From Lepidodermella squamata (taxonomy: Eukaryota > Animalia > Gastrotricha), in the NCBI GenBank assembly GCA_047495785.1, contig JBLDXI010000054.1, positions 1,240,001 to 1,304,000 of the forward strand: 64,000 nt of DNA, read 5' to 3'. Shown here piece after piece: positions 22,394 to 34,642 of the stretch. The position numbers were made by a program, and so were the translations under genes. How positions within the stretch are numbered: the first letter of the stretch is position 1; every line of letters starts with the position of its first letter. The notes under the pieces were generated by a model. It saw nothing but the letters and a program-made list of their open reading frames with translations, was not told where the DNA came from and searched no databases.

Positions 22394-23693
22394 TCGATCT
22401 GATCAAAAATGCGGCTGATCGGACTAAAAACTGGAGTTTTAAGCTGGAATTTGGACCCTTTCTTGATGACAATATCGGCCTTAGATAATAATGGCTAATT
22501 GCTAATAATCTTTGTGATTGATAGCAAGCCGGAGTAAAAATAAAAAAATAAATAAATTCATACCTTGTATCAGCATCGACCAAGGTTTTTCCAAGTCATT
22601 CAGTCTGGAGATGAAAATTTCGCGACTGCAGAGGCGATTTCTGTGTGGGCGCAAGCCGGCAAGTCCCATGGCGTCATTGCATTTGGGCGGTTCCATGGCA
22701 GAGCTCGTTATCAACGCAACGCCAATTAATCATGTCGACGAGGCAGCGGCCAAAGAAATTCGTAGGTAGACGGATGCGAGAATCGTTTCGAGCGAGAATC
22801 GCCCAGCTTCAACCTTGGATTGCCAATCTTCGAATCTGTGGCATCACGACAAGGTTTTCCGGCATCGGCGGCATTAGCGCAGCATACTTTGAAAAGCCGC
22901 GGCGCCACCAATAAATGGCAGGGAAATTTATATAATTTAAACAAAATACTATTCAAAAAATGAATGAATATGTTAGCGATTGATCAAACGCCACCTAGAC
23001 TCGTAGGATGATGGAAAATAAGCAACAGTCCCAGCAAGAGAAATTAACCTGAATAATGGCCGTGCAGTCAAATGGCCGATGACTGAGCTTGTTGCCATCA
23101 TCGCCATCATCGCATTACGTCAAAGTCCCATCATCGAGCCAGAAAATTAACAAAGTGATTAATCTATAAATTTATTGGCATGAAATGGCGCCGGTCGAAG
23201 ATCTAGGCGATCTAGGCGGTATACCAGTCAGCTTTCCGGCCACCGTCAATCAAAAAATTTCAAATAACCTAGGCTCATCATTGAATCATGTGAGCCTTGT
23301 TGAAAATTAATCGAGTATTCGAGTACCGGAAAAAAGAAAATGCCAGCCATGCTCGATAAACTCGATAAATAAAATAGCACAAAACCCTACAAATTTAGAA
23401 AACATGTCATCTTGTTTGCAAATAGGCAGCTAGTAAAAATTGCAGATTGAATAGGAGTTGAAAGGCTTTTAGGGTGGAATTCCAGATGAAGCAAAGCATG
23501 GTGACAATTTAGTTAGCCGTGAGCTCATGCAAAAAAGCGCTATAAGCTTGATTTCAGACTTAATAAATTCTATAGCCGTTACCTGATAATGTCGACCCTT
23601 TCTGACGAATCTGATATAAACACAAAGCTCATTTTCAATTTTCAATTATCTTTCTTCATTAATATTTTCAATATCTATACATCTCTTCGTTCA

Positions 23694-23990
23694 CTAGGTC
23701 ACTAGTTTCACTACGTCACAGGCGTCGAGCCGCCGCCCCCCGCGTGTTGTACGCGGGGCCATCTGTTTCAGGCAGATTGGGGTTTTTCGGAAACCGAACG
23801 ACGATCGGGGTTGAAAACGCCGTCGTGCTGCCGGAATCGTCCAAGAGGCCCAATTCAACTTCGTTGCGATTCGTCGCCTGGCTATCGCGATAGGATCGCC
23901 TGGATAGCGCGAAATGACATGGTAAACGCCAGAGGCAGCCGCCGTGAAGGCTACGCCGGCAACCACTCCGGCAAAAAATTGTTCCATCAA
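23694..23990 (-). CDS. Putative small membrane-anchored basic protein (98 aa), transposon cargo
   Basis: N-terminal hydrophobic helix FFAGVVAGVAFTAAASGVYHVI, then an Arg-rich tail. GC-rich relative to flanks and preceded by a duplicated upstream module. Confidence 0.45.
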   Translation of the reverse strand: MMEQFFAGVVAGVAFTAAASGVYHVISRYPGDPIAIARRRIATKLNWASWTIPAARRRFQPRSSFGFRKTPICLKQMAPRTTRGGRRLDACDVVKLVT

Positions 23991-24723
23991 AAATCAAAAA
24001 CAATAAAACCTATTCAATTGAGTAATGGGATTATTAGCCATGTTACTATTTTTAGCAAGGCTCGCGGGATGCTGCTTACTTTAGTAAACAGCCCAATCGA
24101 GGAAAAAAAAATAACTTTCTTTACCTGGCTGGAGGCCACTAGACTTTAAATACTGGAAATTTACCTCTTGGCCTCGGCGTTCGAAGGCGCTATTATATAA
24201 CGAATCGAGGCCGCAGCGCTAGCGCAGCTCCACATACAAATCCGGCAAAAATGTCTATTATACTATGAAATTATCCTCAGAATTAGTTCAATGTATCTCG
24301 AGCTTCCATCCCATTATCTACACCTATAGGTATGAGTTGAGCGAAATTAAAATCGAAAGTGATTAGCTGGCACTAAGAAGAGAATGCTGCTAGCTGTAGA
24401 GGAGCAACGAAAATTAGCCATCGAAATTTTCAGAAATTGAGAAAATAAGCATTCGACTGGGCAAATAATTTGAAGTATCAAGCTTGATCCGAGATCAATC
24501 AACGCCGCAATAGCCGCGAGCCGCGACGATTCCATCAAATAGCTATTAAATAATAAAACCTATTCAAACAAGAAATGAAAATATTAGCCATGTTGAAATG
24601 TTTAGCAAGATCCGCTTAAAGTCTAGGGAACAGCCCAGGCGAGTGGCGAGTGGATGACAATTACCTATTTCTTTACCTGCCCACAGGCTAAGCGATTCAA
24701 CCACTAGAAATTTACCTCTTGGC
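23982..24723 (-). repeat. Duplicated module of about 190 bp (23982-24172 and 24530-24723), each copy leading into a small minus-strand ORF starting MME
   Basis: Shared blocks ttccatcaaa, aataaaacctattcaa, tattagccatgtt, tttagcaag, aacagccca, tttctttacctg and aaatttacctcttggc in the same order and spacing. Confidence 0.8.
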
Positions 24724-25655
24724 AACGAAAGCCATGGAGTTTACTACGCGTCAAGTTTGATCAGCTTTAAACTAGCCGAATCAAATAGTAGAGTCTGCTA
24801 AATCTCCAGTTTTCCCAATAAATGTCAACCCCAAAAATTGATACGAAAAAACTCTGAAAATTAATCTGCGGGTAATATAGATAGATAGATGCCAATTGGC
24901 TTACCAGTAAACAAACAAGTACCACTCAATCGTCTCGAGTCCATGTAGAGCGCGCATCAAGATACGAATGATAAAAATAATACCAAATTGATCCAACACG
25001 TTCAAACCAGACATTTTTTCTGCTCCAAATTAACAAGAGCTAGCCGCGCCAATTTAAAGCCAAAGCATTTAAAAAAGCAGTAAAAGCGGGCTTTATAGCT
25101 TTATAGTAGATGGATAAGCAGTTGAATGACTTTAAACATCGCCAGATATTGTACGTATAATTAAATTAAATTAAATTAAATTAATGGCCAAATTCTAAAA
25201 TGGAATGGTAAAAGTACACAGTTATGAAAGCGTAAAAATTGAGGATTTGATGTGCTTTGCCATAGCGGCATGCTGATTTTTGTTATCAAGCTTGAAATTG
25301 TGTTAGTTTAGCCCTAGCTTTAGTCTAACTTTGGAATTCAACTATTACGCCAAAAAGTATAGTTGAATGGTGATAGAATGAATGCATAAGTAAAGCATGT
25401 TAGCAATTTTAAAACGCTGCATTTTCATTGAAACTGATGGAAAAAAGATGAAAAAGCGTTGCATTCTAACCCTGAAACCACCTGTAGACGGCAGATTCAT
25501 GACGTTGATGGTGCATGTTGAAGTGATTTTGCGTGTTGTTGCATGCTGCGAGTGGATGTTCGGATGCCTGAAGTAAAACAAAAAAAACAAGTAAATCACG
25601 CCGCACTTTTTTTAATCTCTTTTTTTATCTCGTCGCGATCGCTTTGTCAGCGCAT

Positions 25656-25825
25656 TCATTTCGGCGCTGACTTGCCGCCTGTTTTCGCCCTCGTGCTGGC
25701 AGCGGGTGGCGGGATCGGTTTGATGGCGGCTTGAGGATTGGGGGGAACTTGTTGTTCGCCGCCACTCGCACCACCTCCGGCTCCTCCGTTCCTTCGCTCC
25801 GGCTCCTGCTCCTCTTCGCCTTCCT

Positions 25826-25859
<34 letters not shown>

Positions 25860-26545
25860 ATCGTTGTTGTTATTGTCACCGCCGGCTTGCTGGGCGCCGA
25901 TTGTGGTCGTATCAGCGGTCGCATTGGTGAGCAGCGGTATAGCCGATTCATTCAGCTGGCCTAATCGCGTTGCAGTTAGGTCAGCAACCGCTCCGGCGCT
26001 AGCTCGAACGCCATCGGTAACGATCTGGAGTAGATCAGCGCGAAGGGCGGCCGCGCGAGCTTTTCGAGCAAAGCACCACCTCGCCAGCCTGATGACCTGG
26101 CCGGCAAAGGTGACGATCGCAAAAAACAGAGCGGCGTAAACGGCTGCCCTTTGGGCATCCATTCCGATAGCGTCTCCTATAAATCAGCGATGATAGAATG
26201 TAAACAAAACAAAGGTGATCAATGAATATACTAAGAAAAGCTTCCAACTGCGCCTCGTCTCGGCCACAGTTGGTCGGGCAGCACGGGGCGGGCTGGGAAG
26301 CAGGCGCAGGAAGAGGCGGAGCAGGACCAACAGGCGGGGCGGCGGGACAAAAATTGCACGGCCCGCGAGCCCCTCTACACGCAGCCTCGGACGCGGCTGA
26401 AAAAAAGTTAGCAATCAAAAAACAGCAAACAAACAAATAAAAGTAAATTACTTGTTCTTTCGACGCACGACTGCCTTGAATTGACGGCAACCGGCGCTGC
26501 GCCGCAGCAGCCAATAACAATAAGCACACAAAAATGTAAAGCCAT
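25656..26545 (-). CDS. Three-exon type I membrane protein (259 aa) with Cys/Pro-rich ectodomain, acidic tract and H3-tail-like C-terminus, transposon cargo
   Basis: Exons 26545-26452, 26396-26232 and 26176-25656 are joined by two 55-nt GT-AG phase-1 introns into one open frame: MALHFCVLIVIGCCGA (signal)..CNFCP..CCPTNC..AAVYAALFFAIVTFAGQVI (TM)..D12EEGEEEQE..STRAKTGGKSAPK*. Confidence 0.75.
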
Positions 26546-28143
26546 TCTCATTTCTAAATAACGACACCAATAACAAATAACAAATAAGCAATAACAAGCT
26601 GGTAATAATCGCTAAATTAAAACAATCCATAATGCAATCCTTTGAGCAGGAGCAGGTTTAATCAATTCAACAGCGTCGTCAATGAATCAGAGGTCACAGA
26701 ATTTTGAAAAATTAAACTTGATCAATCAATAAGCACCAACGAGTCGATCCTCGCAGAACTTGGTCCACGGCTGCACACGGGGCCTGGCAGAGTTTGTAGG
26801 CTTGTGGCTCGGGTAGGACAACGGTAATTGCAGTGACCCTGAAGCATCGCAATCATCAAAAAGAAACAAACAAACAAACAAACAAGAGCAAATTGCTTGT
26901 TCGATGATTACATAATGCAGGGCTGCTAGCCGTCGACAGGGGCTAGCACTGCACTGCATTAACAACCATCAACTTTGACAGTAAAACATCTAGGCATAGC
27001 ATAGCATGACATGGTAGCAGGCAAGAGGTGTAAGCTAGAATGCGTTATAATTAATGCTAGGTAGCTAGAAAGTGTACAAGTTCAAGTCTTGTCTTTACAA
27101 CTTGATAGTGTGATCGTTCAGCCTGATCAAATATGCTAATAATCATTGCAGCAGCAGCAGTGTTGTGCAACAAGTGTAGACAAAATGCGCCAAGATGGCG
27201 TATAATCGTATCCATAAATAAACCTGGACGTCCCTACTGCATGCATTCATGAATCAAGTACTTGAATTACAATGATTTGATAGCCTTGACCTACATAGCG
27301 ATTACTTTACTCAATCTAGCAGTGTGTATGTTTGTCACTCCACAGGTACTACAAGTACTACAGATACTACAGGTACTTGATCTGCAGCAATCTGGCAGGC
27401 GGAAAACAATCGCGTGCTTGTCTAGACAGTGGGACACTATCAATAACAAGTATAATGAAAAGCTGAGCTCTACTGACACAGCCAAATGATCGCGTGCCCC
27501 ACACGGACAAAAAAACCCCATAAAACTAGCACACAAACACCCACAACCTAACCGCCATTCAAGTAACAGTTTACCAACTTTGTCTCATAAAAGTTGGCTA
27601 GCAATAAAAAAATTACTATAGCAGACAGTGATGAGTTGTTTGCTTCATCATGTTTATTGTGAACGAGGCCGCCCTACTATACTAGACATTGACCGCTCTA
27701 GCTGTGACCCAGACTTTATTAGCCCCCAAGCATTGCGGCACAACTGAGACGACAATCAACTTTATTGATGTCATTAAGAAGAACGATGACGGCTATCCCG
27801 GCTATCATAATGCGCATCATATGACCTAAAAGACAACAAAAAGTACTACAAAAATCCACGCGATCAACAAAAGGATGGGACGCGGAACGTCTGGTGTCCG
27901 GGGTGTTGGGCGCACGCGTTTTTTTCCGGGATCAACTCGTGCTGTCTGCAAAACCTGCCACGCGACAAAGACCAACGGTTTTTTTTCAAAAGCGTAGCGT
28001 GCTAATGTCAAGGACAAATGCAAACCAAAAAAAGTCATTGAATAATATTCTCCATTTTATTTTAACAATTTATACATGAGTTTAATTATTAAATGAGCGC
28101 TATTTTCACCGCTGTCGACCAAAAACCTGAAAAATGATTTACC

Positions 28144-28165
28144 ACGTTACTCCGGTGTGCCGTCG
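28144..28165 (-). repeat. Right TIR of the Sola1-type element
   Basis: acgttactccggtgtgccgtcg followed by the TSD atgt. Confidence 0.95.
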
Positions 28166-30102
28166 ATGTAGCGCAGCCTTTTTCAGAGCCAGAGATGCCA
28201 ATTCCAACTTTCCGGACATGCCAAAAATAATACATGTAATCCCGAGAAATAGCATTGCCAGAGCCAAAGTCGCTAGAGGTTGGAAGTTTGAGTCGAAATG
28301 CATGGGTTGGAGCAGCACAGAAGTCAGAAGTATCACATTTCCAATCAGGATGAATCGCCCAAGCCCTGGGACGGAAGCTGCGATTCGTTCGTTTGTCTTG
28401 CGACATTTTTCACGCCATATGAAAGTGAAGATGCAAATCGCAAGCAATAAGACTGCTACAGCAGTGATCGCTATGTAGGCGGGAAGTTCGAGAAGCGGGG
28501 AAACTGTTGTCAATAAGTGCACAGTATCTGTGGGAGGCTTTCCGTTAGATGTTCTCCAGACTATTGGCGAGAGACTACAATTTAGCGTTCGGGTCTTTGA
28601 ATAGTAAATGCATATTGGAGATGGTTGGACTTTTTTTGTAATCGGATTCCTTCTCAGTTGAGTCAAGCCCTGTATCGGGCTTCCGCCTGTGTTCAGCGTT
28701 GTATTACTTTCGAAAGCTGCGTCCCCTACTTTCAGCTTGAGGCGAACCGAGAAGAGGGCTTCTTTTATTGTGTCGACGATCAAGCTGCCATTTTGCTTGA
28801 AAAATTCGCCGGCGGTCGCCCATTGCGACAGAGTTAGATTATCTGTAAAAGCAAAACGTCATTATTCGAATCAAACAATCAATTGAATTCAAGGGTTAAT
28901 AGTTTTTAAACTTACTAGATCGTAAAAGCGTCTCGGCTCTGTCCAATACAAACGCAGCAATCATCGTGTTGTCATAACAGTTATGCCTCCTCGTGGCAAA
29001 GAACGGTGAAATTTCTGGTCTTTCTATTCTCGCCATCAGCCAGTTTGCTAAATCCGAGCCTGTATTGCCTAGCGAATCTTTTTCATTGTCCAGTCGCAGA
29101 TCAGTCTGACTGGCACACCCAAAAGCGAATAAACTTTCAAGCACTTCCTCCAGCATACCCTCCGTACACCAATCAAAGCGGGAAGGGTCATTAGGTACAA
29201 AAACGGAAGTTAGAAGGGTAAAAATGACCACGTTTGGCCCAAACAGCTTATAACGATGTAGATAGCAAGCCGCTCGAGCCGGGCTTAGTGCGTTTAGGAT
29301 GATAATCCTAGGATTCACCTTTTTCAAATCTGAAACTGCTTGATCGATGTATTGTGGCTCAGCTAATGTGCCAAGTAGGTAAGGAATCTTAAACACCCCC
29401 AATACCTTCGAGCCGTTTCTCTTTTCGAAATCAGCGATGAACTGTGATTCGATCTGTCCAAAGTAATCGCTACCCTCAGATAAAATTGCGACCTTACGCC
29501 AGTTCATTGAATTGAGGAACTCGTGTAGGCTGTTGTAACAGACGATAAGTTGCGGCTGTGTTACGAAAAAGTTGGAATAGCGCGATCTCATGGTTTGAGG
29601 CTCGCTTTGGACTGCTGTCAGTACGATTCCGACATAGTTGAAATAACGAACGATTTGTCCGGTGTGATAGTTTGCGGTGCTTGAGGGACCCACTGTCAAA
29701 GGCAGTCGATCCGGGACGGAGTCGTTTAATTGAAGCTGGGACACAATTCTTCCAACCCCTAGAGGTCTAGAAAACTGGGGCCAAAAATGACAATATGTAA
29801 TTTATAAAGGTTACATCGCCGCCTACCAAGTCATCGACAAAGTCAACGGCTAATTCATAACCAGAGAGCATGTTCATCTTTTTTACGCTATCGAGAACGA
29901 GTCTGATCCCTTCGGTACAGATGGGCCCGAGCGGCTGAACTGTCCCACCATAGTTAAACGACGCCATAATACTGATCACTTTCCGACTAGTATCATTCGG
30001 GTTGTATGTTGATGAAAAAATTCTAGGCTCCAAAGAAGCTGTCATTGGAATTTTGGCCATTGCAAACCCAGAAGGTAGCAAGAAAATTATTATTGCAAGC
30101 AT
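28166..30102 (-). pseudogene. Receptor G4, 5' part (signal peptide, VFT, TM1-3), interrupted by the transposon
   Basis: ORFs 29767..30102, 28896..29744 and 28139..28783 are collinear with G6/G7. The frame runs KKAALH into TIR-derived RRHTGVTW*. Confidence 0.9.
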
Positions 30103-30605
30103 CTGAAAATGCAGTTAGTATGCTTTGCATTCAACCTCGCACTTGCTTAAATGAATTTAGCAGTGGACATTTCTGCGGCAATCCACGCAATCGTCATGTG
30201 TCGTGTTTCCGCAACAACAACTGGCGGCACAATGAAAAGCGTGCATTAGGATACGGATACTTCGAAAATCTTATCTCGTATGCTTGCCCGCCAATGACGA
30301 ACTTGCTCACGGGGCGGAAACAAAGTTTACCCACTCCGTCTGCTTGACAAATGTGGGCTTAAATGCAGCTGCCTATACATTTGTGCAGGAAGCGCAATGT
30401 TGGCAACATGCCTACTTCAGATTACGCTCGCAAGTGGAAAGATCCAACAGCTGCTCTGTGAAAAATCGTAAGCTCTATACGAATAATAAGGGTAACTGTC
30501 GGTTCGGAAATCAGAAACACCCAACATCCACTACTGCTCCTTTAGTATTCGAGAGCCAGATGTGGAAAGGGATCATCGTGGACCGGACTGAGACAGCGTA
30601 CTAAG

Positions 30606-31026
30606 CACTCTTAGCCATATCACGGGTAAAGTGTAAAGAATAATCACGCCTTACGTATGGTAGACGCAGGGTAGACGGCTAGAAACGGCAATAGCCGTGG
30701 TTACTCGTTATACGTCACGTGTCTCTTTTGTGAAGCGTTGATGACGGAATATCTCGATATTTGCCGTTTCTATCCGCTGTCCGTCACGCCTTGAGTCATT
30801 TTTCCGTGATAAATCCCGTAGACATGCCGTTACGAATTTTTTGGGCGACGGGGCCTAAGGGACATTGTGATGGCTGGAAACGGCTAGTAACAGCAGTTGA
30901 CGGCTAGTTGGTCGTCGACTTTAAAAAAAATCCACAGCTAATCACTGCAAAATCACAGCTAAACCCGTTACAAGCCGTTACATGCCGTTAAAGGAGAGGT
31001 GTCGCAAGCCGTGATTTGGCTCAGTG
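30606..31026. mobile_element. Degenerate CACT-ended non-autonomous DNA element with internal GCCGT/ACGGC repeats
   Basis: Left end cactcttagccatatcacgg versus inverse of right end cactgagccaaatcacgg, with many gccgt/acggc motifs inside. No clean TSD. Confidence 0.5.
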
Positions 31027-31745
31027 TGAGTCAAAGAAATTCCGCGCCTGAAAGCAATTCTTGCCAAGACTATTTTGAACGCGTTTACTTGAAATATCGA
31101 ATGGGAAGGAAAGCTGTCTATTATCCTTATCCTAACCTGCTCTGCTGTCCTTCACAGGGCTCTCTGTCTGCAATATTCAGCAGTGCGTTGAGGCGTGATG
31201 TTCTGGGGTGTACAGGTGTTCCGGGGTTCAGCCGTACTTTTATGTGATTCTTTGCTAACAGTTGTGATTTACCAGCAGTTTCGTGTTGAACCCTTGAGAA
31301 GGCTGATTATGTAACTTAGAAAACTTCAATTTGTTCTTTCTCTCGCCCTCTTATTTTTGGTTTGCTCGAAGGAAAATAATGAGCTTGCCAGTTTTTTTAT
31401 TTTCGTTCACAACGTTTGCACTATTGCGCCTGCGTTATCTGAGAATCTCGATATAATGACTGCGCAATCCCAGGCTAATTTAAAGTAGAATTTGATACGT
31501 GAGGATAGTTGTTTTCATCGCATCAGCGTAATAAAATTCGTTGGAAAAGACATTTCATTAATGAAGCTGAAACGATGACCGAGAAATAATCATTAGTACT
31601 CAATTGTCTATTATATACGCTCTTCATTTTTGGATCCCGCAAACTGAAAACCTTAATCGTAAATTATGATATGTTTTAATTTTTAGCTCGGGTAAAAACG
31701 CTTTTGCATTCTTTATGATAAAATTGAGAAGTAATTCAAGATTCC

Positions 31746-34642
31746 ATGAATATCTGGGCCATTCTTGTTCATATGTTTCTTATCCGTGTGTATATCGCTG
31801 CCGAACAGATTTCCTTGACGAGCCCTTTTCCGGAAAATGTCTCAGCCACGACTCCGAGTAACAGCACAAAAAAGACTGTTATTACTTTAATATCGATGTG
31901 TCACTACTCTGGTCCCGTTTTTGCTTTGGGGCCTCTTTGCACGGAAGCTTTAAAGTATGCATTGGACAGTATCCAGAAGATACCGAATCTTCTCACAAAT
32001 TACGAGCTGGCTTTCGAAACTATCGATGAAATGGTGAGTCGTTAACAGTTTAAGACAGCTGTGAACACTGCTTTCCTAATGCCTTTAGTGCTCCAGGCAA
32101 TTAGCCATAGCGAAATTTGTATCTGAGATGCGAAGAAATGGGGCGAAGTCGGACAGATTCCCTCTCATTCTTGGAAACACTTGCGCCGGTAGTTTCTTCA
32201 CTGGTCAAATGCTGCATCACTACGACTTTATATCTGTGTGTTTTATGACCGTAATGCATTTTCCTTATTGATCTTTTTCAAGATTGCACCAGCTATTCCA
32301 GCGCTCGAGGGCTACACCCAGAGAAGTCGTTTTCAGTCATTCTTCCCCATCGCTCCACAACTTGGGGCAGAACTTGATTCTCTAGGTAGCTTCTTCGGAG
32401 TCATGGGATGGCGAAAAATCGCGATCTTCTCGGAACACGCCGATTACATGAGTGAAGTAGAAACGGCGTTCATGTTGGAGTTTGAGAAAGCTGGATTGTT
32501 GGAAGTAATTGGGATTTTCAGAACCCCCCGCACCATTGGCTCTGCTACCGAATCAAGCCACATCGAAATCGCTATGATAGAGATGGTGAAGGTTAGGCCG
32601 AGAATAATCATCGTCAATTCTGTTATTACTGTTCGAATCGCATGCTGGTTACATCGATTTAATTTATTCGGCCCTAACTACGTTATTTTCATACCCGCTA
32701 TTGCTTCATTCAACCCCGAGGATCCTCAGCGATACGAATGGTGTAACCCTGATATGCTGCGAGAGCTGTTACCAAGCGTATTCTCCTTCGGGCTAACGAA
32801 TAGAATGAATTTGAATCAAAATGAAATGTTAGATTCTCTGGGTAACACCGGGTATGATTTCGACAAGGCGATGATGGAACACATCGACAACCCAATGAAA
32901 AACCCTAACTGGTTATCCCTTCGTCATCACTTCTATGACCTTGCGTTGCTTGCTGCCTACACTCTGAATGCAACTGAAACAATTCTTCAGAAAAGTCAGT
33001 TTTAACAATCATGGTTTCCCATTTTATTCATATAATGTATTCAGGGAATGAAACACTCTCAAACTGGTTCACTAATGGACTCAAGTTTCAGGCATCTGGG
33101 AGAGGAATCTCGGACGTTATAAAACAGGCGTTATTCAACACACGAGTTGAAACGAAAATGGGCCGGATAGCATTTGAACAGAATACAACCTTGAATAGCG
33201 CTGGAAATATTCTTATCGGTATATTCCAATATCGAATTCAGAATGATTCGAAAAACTTCATTCAAGCTCCTGTGGCGCTTTACGACATGCAAAAGAAGAA
33301 GGTCACTCTGATCGGCTCAAAGATAATTTGGCGCACCCTTAGCGGGAATCCTCCTGCGGATTTCGTGCGAACCTTCATTTTAGAGCTGCCTTTAGTCCCT
33401 ATCGACTGCTATTCTGTCATGACAGCTCTAGGCTGCTTGGGAATGCTATCTGTGCTATTGGTGTCAATCTTTGCTTGGTTAAATCGAACGAGTCCTAATT
33501 TCGCTGATTCGACCCCGAAATTGAATTCCTTCTTGCTAATGGGGGACGCTCTATTAGTATCAACCGAGCTGATTCAGGGGAATGATTCACGTAAAAGTAC
33601 CTGCGTCGCTTTCGAGATAGCTAGAATACTGCTTGTAGTTGGAGTAGCTTGCGTGTTATTCGGCTTGGTTTCGAAACTGGAATTAGGACGGATGATTGTC
33701 GTGATCCCAAACGGCAAGCTGAGGAAAAACACTAAATCCAAAAGAGCCATGCTCATGAACTTGCTGTTGTCTAAAAGTACTAAAATCTTCCTAACCATTG
33801 GCATTTGTTTGCCCGCCCTCTTAATCATCATCGGAATTGTATGGTTTGCATTGGACCCAGTTGCAGCCGCGATCAAGATTTCGCCTATCGAAGCGATGAG
33901 GATTGACGATTCAATCGAGTACCAAACTGCCATCTACTTTTGCGAGATTCAGTCGTCCAAAACAACACCAGTTATTGTCGCGATATACAGTTCAATCTTC
34001 GCGGTCAGCGCTTTGCGAGGCAGTTTTTTGGCCATAAGATTGAAATCTGTAAGTGTATCCCCTACTAAATCATTTAGCTCAGGGCTTCTCGGTCCCTAAA
34101 CTCTGACGACCATTCAATCCATAAAACCATAAAAAATTTCGAAATTTGTCAGCCAAAATCAAATCAAATCAGAGTCACAAACCGATTCAAGGAGATTCTA
34201 AAATTGCTGGCTTGAGAAGCCCTGGTAAAGCTCTCCCATTAAGCAAAATTGCCACACGTTTGACATTTGACGAATAACTTTGGCTTTCACCCATGACTGA
34301 ATCCAGCATAAATGTTGTATTCTCTATTGTTGTCTTTTCTTTTAGTGCACACTCGACAACATTAGAGACTTAAAGTCAACCATACAAACGTTTTATGGAA
34401 CCATTCTTCTACTAATCGGCGGGGCCGTCATTACATGGGCGATTTTCCATGACCCACTTTATCAACGTCTGACTATCACAACGATGAATTACCTGTGCGT
34501 TACCCTCAATATCGCTCTTCTCTTCATTCCTAAGGTGACAATTGCTTTTATATAGATCTAAACTCTAAAAATCATGCCTTCTGTTGCATTTTTACAGTTT
34601 CGAAAGAATTCTTCAACCATTCAACGCAAAGGCCCAGTCTGA
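31746..34642 (+). CDS. Receptor G5: GABA-B-like class C GPCR, apparently intact
   Basis: ORFs 31746, 32238 and 33011, plus a TM6-7 exon near 34347-34533 (FYGTILLLIGG..LLFIPK) and a last exon FRKNSS..GPV*. Confidence 0.85.
34080..34224. mobile_element. Small hAT-like MITE in a G5 intron
   Basis: 11-bp TIR CAGGGCTTCTC/GAGAAGCCCTG. The 8-bp flanks atttagct/gtaaagct match only 5/8. The intron is enlarged relative to paralogs. Confidence 0.6.

Larger units (their letters stand above)
10248..28165 (+). mobile_element. Giant (17,918 bp) cargo-carrying Sola1-type DNA transposon
   Basis: Perfect 22-bp TIR CGACGGCACACCGGAGTAACGT at 10248-10269 and its reverse complement at 28144-28165. ATGT is duplicated at 10244-10247 and 28166-28169. 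Removing the element and one TSD restores the G4 frame KKAALH-MKANEG, matching paralogs G6/G7. An internal Sola1-like transposase is present. Confidence 0.93.

Noticed and set aside
25158-25184. (AATTA)n run; also (TAC)n near 17519-17540, a 9-bp repeat near 27342-27378 and the GTC run near 25826-25863
   Set aside because: Simple microsatellites or low-complexity coding sequence with no spacer structure, so not CRISPR-like.
10248-28165. Maverick/Polinton or endogenous virus interpretation of the large insert
   Set aside because: No pPolB, retroviral-type integrase, capsid or packaging ATPase recognised. TIRs are short, the TSD is 4 bp and the genes have introns.
10246-28168. Alternative boundary reading: 23-bp TIR starting TCGA with a 2-bp TG TSD
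   Set aside because: Equivalent at sequence level, but Sola transposases make 4-bp TSDs and ATGT is close to the AWWT preference recalled for Sola1. Other copies would settle it.
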